Shown here one piece after another: positions 7,089 through 14,878 of a stretch of 30,985 nt of DNA (position 1 is its first letter; each line of letters starts with the position of its first letter). Source of the DNA: a virus (Duplodnaviria; Heunggongvirae; Uroviricota; Caudoviricetes); the IMG/VR virus record IMGVR_UViG_2751185775_000001, positions 73,005-103,989 of that record, one strand, 5' to 3'. A program made the translations under genes and the position numbers. The notes beneath the pieces are model-generated. The model saw only the letters and a list, made by a program, of their open reading frames with translations, was not told the DNA's origin and did not search any database.

Positions 7089-7527
7089 ATGAAGAATAAG
7101 GCTATTATTGCAGCGGCATGTGTTTTGGCTTTGTCTGCTTGTTCGTCTACCCGTGTAGATCAGGCGTTCTCAAATGAAGTCCCTACTGACCGGATGTTTT
7201 GGGAGAAGGGCAGAGATGAATCGAACGGTGACAGTCGTGTGGTTGTAAAAAGAGACTCAGGTGCTGTTTATTCCGCTTGTGTTGCGAACATTTTTTTTTG
7301 ATGGTGTGAGAGTGGCGGAATTACTACCTAACGAAAAAGTAACTTTGCACGTCAATTCCGGAGAGCATTTTATAGGTGAATTTCTTACTGGCGGCGGATG
7401 CTCTCCGTTTTTAAAAACAATACGAGCTGATATCAAATACAATTCGTTCAATGTATTCAGGGTAAAAACTCAGTTCTTAGGGGTTAATGGCGGAGACGCC
7501 CTTATAAGAGATTACGATTTGCCGTAA
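7089..7527 (+). CDS. Outer-membrane lipoprotein (DUF2846-like prophage lipoprotein), split by one extra T at 7291-7299
   Basis: Signal peptide with lipobox LSAC, +2 Ser. VVKRDSG..SAC.ANIFFDGVRVAEL.PNEKVTLHV..GEH reads through when T9 is read as T8. Confidence 0.75.
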
Positions 7528-7533
7528 AATAAA

Positions 7534-7561
7534 GGCGGCGAGTCAATAACCCATCGCCGCC
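7534..7561. terminator. Hairpin between convergent genes
   Basis: GGCGGCGA-N12-TCGCCGCC. Confidence 0.55.
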
Positions 7562-7567
7562 ATTGCA

Positions 7568-8206
7568 TCACCGTATCGTAATCCCTTTCAGAACAGCCAT
7601 ACCTTTCTCAGTAATCACTGTCTTCACGGAATCCGTTCTCACGTCCAGCCGGACAAAGCCGTCATTGAGCGCATGTTTTGACGGCATCCCGTCCGAATCT
7701 TTTACCCATTTCAGCGCGGAAAGGATATTTTTAAGTTTTACCGGTGTGGTGCTTAACTCCCGTATTGCATCAAGGCGGGAGTAAACCCGAGAATTATCAG
7801 ACTTCTCAGCTTCTGCCAGTTCATCAAGCAGACTGAGTTCGACAACAATCCGACGTGAGGTTTCGTTCTCTCTTTCTATCTTCCCCAGCATTTCTTTGAC
7901 AGAACCCCGCGTAACGCACTGATTAACGATCACATGTTCAATTATATCAACGAAGCCTCTCACCGTCAGAGTTGAAAATTGATCTCCGATATCGGTCATT
8001 ACCCGGTGAAGAATGCCCGAGCCGGAGACGTGAGGATACGCTTTCAGCAGATCAATAAAACATGCGCCGTAGTGCATACCGAGACGACGACTGTTGTCAG
8101 ATTCGGGTGACCAGAAAGTCAGTCGATCTGAGCACTCCGGTTCAGCCATGAACGGAAGACAGCGTAGTGCGCTTTCAAAATCAGGGTTAGTTTTAGCGTT
8201 TTTCAT
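7568..8206 (-). CDS. Antirepressor-like protein (C-terminal KilAC/ANT-like domain)
   Basis: C-terminus KLKNILSALKWV....PSKHALNDGFVRL....SVKTVITEKGMAVL fits the ANT/KilAC pattern. GGAG lies 8 nt before ATG 8206. Confidence 0.55.
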   Translation of the reverse strand: MKNAKTNPDFESALRCLPFMAEPECSDRLTFWSPESDNSRRLGMHYGACFIDLLKAYPHVSGSGILHRVMTDIGDQFSTLTVRGFVDIIEHVIVNQCVTRGSVKEMLGKIERENETSRRIVVELSLLDELAEAEKSDNSRVYSRLDAIRELSTTPVKLKNILSALKWVKDSDGMPSKHALNDGFVRLDVRTDSVKTVITEKGMAVLKGITIR

Positions 8207-8209
8207 TGT

Positions 8210-8253
8210 ATTCACTCCGTTTAAACTTGCTTGTGTGTGTTGACGGAGTGAAT
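8210..8253 (-). promoter_or_regulatory. 11-bp inverted repeat that would sequester the antirepressor RBS
   Basis: ATTCACTCCGT (8210-8220) / ACGGAGTGAAT (8243-8253) with a 22-nt loop. The arm nearest the start codon contains the GGAG. Confidence 0.65.
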
Positions 8254-8297
8254 ATTAAATGAGTGAGATAGGGTAAGAATGTCAGATGGTAGGGTGG

Positions 8298-8583
8298 TTA
8301 CTTTTCCCGAGCTTCAATATTTGGTTTCAGTGCATCCAGCATTTCCTGAGTTAACTGACCATTATTAAACATTTCCATGATCTGAGATTTGACACTATTT
8401 GAAGCGATCAGATTTTTAGCCAGACGGTCAAAATCAGCCAACGTGATATTTTCGATAATAGTATTCAGCACTATATCGATACTGGGCTTTACGCCACCCT
8501 CTCTGAGACGTTTTTTTGAGCACATCCAGTTTGCTCTGCGCTTTCGGCGTAGCGCGGAATTGAGTAACCTTTAACTTATCCAT
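8298..8583 (-). CDS. Ribbon-helix-helix-like regulator (about 94 aa), split by one extra base in T7 at 8511-8517
   Basis: Repaired frame MDKLKVTQFRATPKAQSKLDVLKKRLREGGVKPSIDIVLNTIIE gives a beta-strand, helix, G-turn, helix pattern. Confidence 0.6.
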
Positions 8584-8621
8584 ATATATGATACCTGTAA
8601 AAAAAATACCTATAAAAAAAA

Positions 8622-10268
8622 TTATAGTGATTGTGTAAGTAAATGAAAAGGAAATTCAGCACCATCCGGAAGAATCCCCTGAACAAATCCGTCAGTCTCC
8701 CGGATGATGTTACGGCGTTCAAAAGAATGCTGTAACAGGCAGTTGGCGTGATGATCCATAAAGTCAGCCACAAAGCAGATATTCGCCTGACCGGTTTTCT
8801 TACGCAGTCCGCGACCGACACGCTGTCTGATCGCGACTTCTGCTTTACCACCACCTGCTAGAATCACACCACCCACACCTGGCACGTCAACGCCAACATC
8901 CAGAATGGTAGAGCCTATCAGTACGTCGATTTCCCGGTGTCGTAGTTTGTTCAGCTGCTCCATGCGTTCTTTCTGGTTGCTTTCACCAAAAATAAACTCA
9001 GTACGGATTCCCTGCGTTTCAAGCATTTCTTTCAGGATCTGTCCGTGGCGTTTCAGTCTGACCAGCATCATTACGCTCAGATTGTGCTTCACCATTTTGA
9101 TTGCTGTGTGAACGCTCATGCTGTTACGGGCAAGGTTGTAGGTGATGCCGAGTTGTGACGCTCTGGAATAAGGGGAATTACGCCCAAGCCGCGAATTGCC
9201 TACTTTCTCTTTCAGATCCAGTTTGATGTGATAATCATCAGGCGTGTAATCAGTGCGGATATACATGAAATAAGGCTTCGCCAGAATACCTCGGTCAATA
9301 AGGTACTTCTCAGTCACTTTGATACCGATAGAACCGGTAACTGCCATGAGACGCATGTTTGCCTCAGCGGAATCTTTCATGAACGGTGTTGCAGTCAGTC
9401 CGAGACGATAATCAGCTTTCGGGCACATGCGGCAGATATCGTAAAACGAGTTGCCGGAGGATTCATGCGCTTCCTCAAGGATCAGCAAGATGGTTTCTTT
9501 CAGCAGTGTTTTAATTGCAGCCTGACGGCGGTAATGAAATTCACGCTTTTTCTCCCACTCCGCTCTTTGTTCCTCTTTCGACGGGTGCGGCTTTTTGGTT
9601 GGTTTTTTCGGGGGCAGCTTTTCGACGAATCGCGGAAATTCATCAAGGAAACTGGCTAACGTCTGAATGGTCGCCACATTGATATAACGTGAAAAATGGA
9701 AATACCCGTCACCGATAATCCCGACTTTCTCACCTTTAAGATGCGGTTCGCCATTTTCAGCCCGGTAATCGAGTGACTTCTGGAAATTGTCGCGCATCTG
9801 GTGCATAAGAACAGATCGCGTGGTGATAAACAGGGTCAGCTTTCCTATTCTGGCAGCGGCTTTACACGCAATATTGGATTTCCCGCCACCGGTGGCGATT
9901 TGGGCGATCATCCCGCCAATTTTAACCATGCGTTCAACGGTTTCGTCCTGATAAATGTAATCAGGGTTAGGCGGAAAGTCATTAATCTTCGGATTTGGCT
10001 GACCCAGCGGCTCCGCCATTGGTACACGCCGCAACAGAACTCGATGCCCCTCTTTTTCCAGTCTGTTTTTGACCACTTGGACAAAACCTGACGGAAAACT
10101 GCGTGTCGCCCAATTAAACATTGTTGATTTTCCGTTCCAGCCTGAAGACTTGAACTCCGCACCGTCTATTTCATAACTTAAAGCGTCCTGCACTGCGGAA
10201 AGCACACTTTCGTCGGCGTTTTTGCTGACAATAGTGTTCACAGCGTTGTAGACGAGAACAATATCCAT
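8622..10268 (-). CDS. SF2 DNA helicase (UvsW/Res-like)
   Basis: Motif I ATGGGKS, motif II variant LILEEAH, motif III TAT, motif V STILDVGVDVP, motif VI QRVGRGLR. AAGG RBS before ATG 10268. Confidence 0.9.
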   Translation of the reverse strand: MDIVLVYNAVNTIVSKNADESVLSAVQDALSYEIDGAEFKSSGWNGKSTMFNWATRSFPSGFVQVVKNRLEKEGHRVLLRRVPMAEPLGQPNPKINDFPPNPDYIYQDETVERMVKIGGMIAQIATGGGKSNIACKAAARIGKLTLFITTRSVLMHQMRDNFQKSLDYRAENGEPHLKGEKVGIIGDGYFHFSRYINVATIQTLASFLDEFPRFVEKLPPKKPTKKPHPSKEEQRAEWEKKREFHYRRQAAIKTLLKETILLILEEAHESSGNSFYDICRMCPKADYRLGLTATPFMKDSAEANMRLMAVTGSIGIKVTEKYLIDRGILAKPYFMYIRTDYTPDDYHIKLDLKEKVGNSRLGRNSPYSRASQLGITYNLARNSMSVHTAIKMVKHNLSVMMLVRLKRHGQILKEMLETQGIRTEFIFGESNQKERMEQLNKLRHREIDVLIGSTILDVGVDVPGVGGVILAGGGKAEVAIRQRVGRGLRKKTGQANICFVADFMDHHANCLLQHSFERRNIIRETDGFVQGILPDGAEFPFHLLTQSL

Positions 10269-10305
10269 AAACAAGACCTTATATTTTTAGAAACTATCAC
10301 TATAA

Positions 10306-10360
10306 TAAGTAAGTGGGTACATATTGACAGGCATTCACATTATCTGTATTCAGATACTTA
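10306..10360. promoter_or_regulatory. Divergent control region with two degenerate 18-bp motif copies flanking TTGACA
   Basis: TAAGTAAGTGGGTACATA (10306-10323), TTGACA (10324-10329), TCTGTATTCAGATACTTA (10343-10360). Confidence 0.5.
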
Positions 10361-10382
10361 TATAAAGTATGGAAAAACTACT

Positions 10383-11084
10383 ATGGAAAGTAAAACTAAA
10401 TTTTTAGAGGTAGAGACTGGAAAGCTGATTCCTAACGGCTGGAACACAAACAGCGTTCCCGTCCTCAACATGGATAAGTTGAAAGCATCGGTAACACGTC
10501 TCGGACTGTTTAAGCCGGTCATTGTCCGTGAAACGGGAGAACAATACGAAATACTTGGCGGGGAGCACCGCTGGAGAGCTGCGGTTGAGCTGGGTATGCC
10601 AACGGTGATGATTGCCAACCTCGGTGTCATTGACGACAACACAGCAAAGCAGATCTCTGTAATCGATAACGAGCGGTACGGGGAAGACGACGCAGAGAGC
10701 TTCGCACGGCTTTTAGAAGAAATTCAGAACGACATTTCATACAGCTTTTCTGACCTTGCGCCGGTAGAGGACATTCTGCGTGACGTAATGCCGGCCATTT
10801 CCGGTGATGCCGCGTTCCGTGAACTTGAAGCGTTGTCAAGTGAAATGGGTATGGGGTCAGGAATGGACGAATCCGCCCCTGAATCCATGCGTGAACGTGC
10901 CGAACGTGCCGAAGCTGATTCACACCAGACGATGCGATTCAAAGTCACCACGGATGCCGCAGAGCTGATTGAGTCAGTTATCGCTGCTGTGATCCGTGAC
11001 GAAGAAATCCGCACCGGAAACAAAATGGAAGATGCCGGGGAAGCCCTGTTTGTCATTGCTGAGAAGTACAAGGAAATCCGTTGA
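10383..11084 (+). CDS. ParB/Srx N-terminal domain protein 1
   Basis: LIPNGWNTN...LKASVTRLGLFKPVIVR...ILGGEHRWRAA...IDNER (GxxRxxA box). Confidence 0.85.
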   Translation: MESKTKFLEVETGKLIPNGWNTNSVPVLNMDKLKASVTRLGLFKPVIVRETGEQYEILGGEHRWRAAVELGMPTVMIANLGVIDDNTAKQISVIDNERYGEDDAESFARLLEEIQNDISYSFSDLAPVEDILRDVMPAISGDAAFRELEALSSEMGMGSGMDESAPESMRERAERAEADSHQTMRFKVTTDAAELIESVIAAVIRDEEIRTGNKMEDAGEALFVIAEKYKEIR

Positions 11085-11758
11085 TGGAACATAAATTTGA
11101 GATCGTCTATTTAGATCCGCGCAAACTCATCCCCTATGAGAAAAACGCAAAAAAACATAACGAGCAGCAAATCAAAGACCTGTCAGAAGCTATTAAGAAA
11201 CGCGGCTTTGACCAACCGATCACCGTAGACAAAGACATGGTGATCATCACTGGCCACGGTCGCACCGAAGCGTCCATTGCTGCCGGGTTGAAAGTTGTGC
11301 CGGTTATTATCCGTGATGATTTGGGCGAAAAAGAGGTTGCCGCAAAGCGACTGGAAGATAACCGCCTTGCCAGTACCGACTATGACGCTCTGCTGTTGCA
11401 GGAAGAACTGAAATCACTGGTTGACGACGACATCGCGGTATACGGCTTTTCCGAGCGTGAGCTGAACGTGCTGGTAGAGGATATGACCGGTTCTGTGGCG
11501 ACCGATGCACTGGTGTCCGATCTATCTGCGGAAACCGAACGCCAGAAAGACGAACACGATGAAATCACCCGCACTGTTGCAGATGAAGATGTTCGCCTGA
11601 CTGACGTAATGGGCTTTAAATCGATTCCTGCGAGTGCCGCAATCATGGTCGGGGATTTGCTCGCCCACATGGAAGAAATCACGGGAAAAATGGGTCTGGA
11701 CGCTTTTCTGACGTTTGCCGGTGACGTTTCCGCGAAGATGTACGGAGAGCAGCAATGA
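11084..11758 (+). CDS. ParB/Srx N-terminal domain protein 2
   Basis: LIPYEKNAKKH...IKKRGFDQPITVD...IITGHGRTEA...RLEDNRLA. TGATG overlap with the previous gene. Confidence 0.85.
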   Translation: MEHKFEIVYLDPRKLIPYEKNAKKHNEQQIKDLSEAIKKRGFDQPITVDKDMVIITGHGRTEASIAAGLKVVPVIIRDDLGEKEVAAKRLEDNRLASTDYDALLLQEELKSLVDDDIAVYGFSERELNVLVEDMTGSVATDALVSDLSAETERQKDEHDEITRTVADEDVRLTDVMGFKSIPASAAIMVGDLLAHMEEITGKMGLDAFLTFAGDVSAKMYGEQQ

Positions 11759-12399
11759 GCACCTACACCATCAATGTTTCGTTTGATACGCGGGTGACGA
11801 AAACAACCCGTACTCTGGAAGTGGCTGAGTCGTTCGGCTTAGGCATGGATGATAAGAAATTCACACTGTATGACAACCTGCCGGTCGATATTGAGCAGGG
11901 TGATGTGGTGTATATAACCGGTCAGTCAGGGTCGGGAAAATCTGTGATCCTGCGTGAACTGCAACGCCTGATGAAAGACGAGGGTAAAACAGTCACGTCA
12001 ATCGAGGATATCTCTTTTGACGACGACAAAAACGTGATCGATCAGGTAGGCAGTACAACGGCAGAAGCACTGAGTCTGCTGTCTATGGCCGGCCTGAATG
12101 ACGCATATCTGTTTATCCGCAAGCCGTCTGAAATGTCTGACGGTCAACGTTACCGTCTGAAAATTGCCAAGCTGATTGAATCGGGCGATCAGGTGTGGGC
12201 GGCGGATGAATTTGGGGCGGTTCTGGATCGTGTAACTGCACAGGCTGTTGCATCAAACTTCCAGCGGGCAGCGCGAAAAGTCGGGGCAACCGTGATGGTG
12301 GCGACCACACATGAAGACCTGATCAACGCACTGCGGCCGAATGTCACTATCACCAAACACTACAAAGAGCGCGTAAAGGTGGACTATGAAAAAGAATAA
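11755..12399 (+). CDS. Stand-alone soluble ABC-family ATPase
   Basis: Walker A GQSGSGKS, signature MSDGQ, Walker B/D-loop VWAADEFGAVLD, H-loop VATTH. No membrane partner nearby. Confidence 0.9.
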   Translation: MSTYTINVSFDTRVTKTTRTLEVAESFGLGMDDKKFTLYDNLPVDIEQGDVVYITGQSGSGKSVILRELQRLMKDEGKTVTSIEDISFDDDKNVIDQVGSTTAEALSLLSMAGLNDAYLFIRKPSEMSDGQRYRLKIAKLIESGDQVWAADEFGAVLDRVTAQAVASNFQRAARKVGATVMVATTHEDLINALRPNVTITKHYKERVKVDYEKE

Positions 12400-12955
12400 C
12401 CTTTACGAGCACTATCCGACATTTACCGGTGAAAATTGGAAGCGGGTCAAAGGAACGTATGCAGCGTGGCAGGAGTGGTGTAAGAGTCACGGTGCATACG
12501 GGTTCCGCGCCGCACCTTACCCGTTCTGTATTGTTTGCGTGATCGGCGACGAACGTTACCTTGAGACGCTGAAAGCCATGTACGGCATCAACTATGTGAA
12601 CAGCTACGCGGACAGCGCCGGTGGTTTAGTCACTCAAGGCGGTTTCGCAGATGGTCACAAATCGATGCTGACTGTGATGTTACAGGAGGGCTATGACGAA
12701 GAAATCCTGTGGCATGAGGCGCTGCATGTTGCGCTGATGGTCTGTGAGTATGTCGGAATTTCCCTGCATGAGCAGGAGGCTCTGACGTATTTACAGGGTT
12801 ACGTGGCGGAGCATCTTAAAAAGGCGTTTCTGCTTCACGAAGTAGCGAAAAAAACCAAGAATCTGAAACCGGTTCATGAGATTTACACAGGTGACGCAGC
12901 TGCGCTGACTGTTATCGACGCGGGTTGCGTCAGAGGCAGACGATATGGACGTTAA
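12386..12955 (+). CDS. HEXXH zinc-metallopeptidase-like protein
   Basis: LWHEALHVA followed by QEALTY (possible third ligand Glu). Overlaps both neighbours. Confidence 0.6.
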   Translation: MKKNNLYEHYPTFTGENWKRVKGTYAAWQEWCKSHGAYGFRAAPYPFCIVCVIGDERYLETLKAMYGINYVNSYADSAGGLVTQGGFADGHKSMLTVMLQEGYDEEILWHEALHVALMVCEYVGISLHEQEALTYLQGYVAEHLKKAFLLHEVAKKTKNLKPVHEIYTGDAAALTVIDAGCVRGRRYGR

Positions 12956-13838
12956 TATCACCCGCCACCAGCCGGAAATTTTCCCGAAGCACCTCGACTT
13001 CATGAAAGAAATGGTCGTGTCGAAAGGCACGATTGAGGACTGGCACGAGCTGAAATCCCTGCATTACAAAACTGACGGTAAGCCGTTTGCGCCGTGTTAT
13101 TACCGCTGTGCCATCGGGGATCGTCTGGTTGGTGTGGTGGTTATGGCATATCCGAAACTGCTTCTTGCGCCGCGTCACCGCATGTTTCCGAAGTTGAAAC
13201 CGACAACCAACACCACGGTGGCAAACCAGTATTGGGGAAAGTATGTCAACGCCAACTTTGCAGTAATCAGCCGCTGTGTGGTCGATACGCTTTATCGCGG
13301 TTTAGGCGTCAGTTATCGGTTTATCAATATTGTTTCCCGGATGCACGACAAACAAATCATTGAGATCCAGTCCTCAATGAGCAAGTACAACCCGTTTGCC
13401 ATGAAAGCCGGTTTTGAGTTCATCCGTCCAGAGCGTCCGAAGACTTACGAAAGTGCGCTGCGAGTGTATCAGCGCCATTTCCGATCTGATGCCGGTGACA
13501 CTGAGGCGATTGTCCGGGAGTTGTTTGCCATGCCGGAGACGCGCCGCCGCCGTGCATTATCGGATCTGGTAGCCAACTACCACAAAAATTCATCTCTGGC
13601 GAAGGCGGGACGTAATCGGGGGACAACGGTTCAGGACATTCTTGACACTATGACGACCGAGGAATCTATCGTCAAATTGCTGAAAGAGATCCACAACCTC
13701 AGTTTCACTACACCGTTGTATGGCGCGTATCGCAATCCAGACTTCGGGAGAGCGTTGCCAAGTGAAATCTCATTGTTGGCATTTGATAACCAAGATATGC
13801 GCTCAGAATTGGATTTAGAGTGCTTAAAATCGATTTAA
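12945..13838 (+). CDS. GNAT-fold acetyltransferase (possibly Mom-like)
   Basis: Acetyl-CoA motif A ISRCVVDTLYRGLGVS, motif B NPFAMKAGF, N-terminal W..LKSLHY and LVGVVV strand. Confidence 0.8.
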   Translation: MDVNITRHQPEIFPKHLDFMKEMVVSKGTIEDWHELKSLHYKTDGKPFAPCYYRCAIGDRLVGVVVMAYPKLLLAPRHRMFPKLKPTTNTTVANQYWGKYVNANFAVISRCVVDTLYRGLGVSYRFINIVSRMHDKQIIEIQSSMSKYNPFAMKAGFEFIRPERPKTYESALRVYQRHFRSDAGDTEAIVRELFAMPETRRRRALSDLVANYHKNSSLAKAGRNRGTTVQDILDTMTTEESIVKLLKEIHNLSFTTPLYGAYRNPDFGRALPSEISLLAFDNQDMRSELDLECLKSI

Positions 13839-13854
13839 AGAAAGGATTCGCAGA

Positions 13855-14121
13855 ATGTTAGTAACCGACAAGCAAAAAATGATTATCCGTGTGGTCTGGA
13901 TGGGTATGGAGCGCGGTGATCCGGTGGACATGGATGAGCTGCTGGAAATGCTGCCATACAGTACGACAAAACAATCAATGCAGTTCTCAGTCCGCGCATT
14001 AATCAAAAAAGAAATGCTGGTTAAGGGCGGACTGCGTAAACGTTCCGCCGGGGATTTTTATAACCGAGTGGTGTACGAGCTGACAGATCTCGGAACCGCA
14101 GTAGCAAAAATGTACAGCTAA
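13855..14121 (+). CDS. Winged-helix DNA-binding protein (88 aa)
   Basis: Helix TKQSMQFSVRALIKKEMLVK followed by wing RKR...RVVYELTDLG (MarR/PadR-like). Confidence 0.7.
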   Translation: MLVTDKQKMIIRVVWMGMERGDPVDMDELLEMLPYSTTKQSMQFSVRALIKKEMLVKGGLRKRSAGDFYNRVVYELTDLGTAVAKMYS

Positions 14122-14272
14122 ATAAAGCCGTGTTGTTTATAAAAATAGGTAAACAAGATAATTATCTAATTCATATTGTTTGTTTATTTTTGTGTTTTTC
14201 CAAGTAAGAAATCTATATAAATACTATGGGAGCACGGCTTAGAGAAAACACTGCGGAAAAAGGAATTTTCGA

Positions 14273-14878
14273 GTGACGGTTAAAGAAGAAAAACTGCGGC
14301 TTAGTGCTGCTAAATGGGCGGAGGCAGAAGCTGCATGGTCTTCTGGTGAGTTTTCGCTGTCACAGCTTGAAGAACGTTTCGGGGTTCGCCGTGAAACGCT
14401 ATCCAGGCATTTTAAAAAGCGCAAAATTGAGAAAGGAACGGATGCAGTAGGGAAGCTGGTTCGTGACTCTATCAAATCAGAGGCAGAGATCCGCGCCAAA
14501 GAGCGGACGGCGCTTATCGAAGAACGCCGCGGTAAGTATGACCGATTTGCTTTTAACATCGCGGCTTTGCTGATGCGTGAGGTTACAGAGGGATCAAAAG
14601 CTGCGGCAACCGGCGCGGAGGCGGCATTCGCCAAGCGGGAGGGAAATATAAAGGCACTGCAACGGGCATCGATTACGCTCGGCAAATGCTTTGAAGTTTC
14701 CAGCAAGGCGCTGAATATGGATAAGGTTGATGTTGAGGAAGATGATTTACCGGCACTGATGTTCGGTGAGCTGACGCAGGGGCAGGTGGCAGAGCTGCGT
14801 AAGGCAGAAGAACCTGTTGATCTTACGGAGGATCTTGATCTGGAAGACGAAGACAGTGCCGAAGATGGGGACGAGTGA
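14273..14878 (+). CDS. terS: Terminase small subunit
   Basis: N-terminal HTH (SLSQLEERFGVRRETLSRHF), helical core, acidic tail. Overlaps terL. Confidence 0.7.
   Translation: MTVKEEKLRLSAAKWAEAEAAWSSGEFSLSQLEERFGVRRETLSRHFKKRKIEKGTDAVGKLVRDSIKSEAEIRAKERTALIEERRGKYDRFAFNIAALLMREVTEGSKAAATGAEAAFAKREGNIKALQRASITLGKCFEVSSKALNMDKVDVEEDDLPALMFGELTQGQVAELRKAEEPVDLTEDLDLEDEDSAEDGDE

Noticed and set aside
10383-11758. ParABS partition system
   Set aside because: No ParA-type deviant Walker A ATPase, and no clear ParB HTH/dimer domains.
11755-12399. ABC transporter
   Set aside because: No permease or solute-binding gene nearby; the context is nucleic-acid and packaging genes.
2431-12972. Chi sites GCTGGTGG at 2431 and 2593 (+) and 12965 (-)
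   Set aside because: Three copies in 31 kb is not clearly unusual, and two lie in coding sequence.
7033-14223. T4-type late promoter TATAAATA at 7033 and 14216
   Set aside because: AT-rich context, no T4-like sigma factor in the window, and absent before most late genes.
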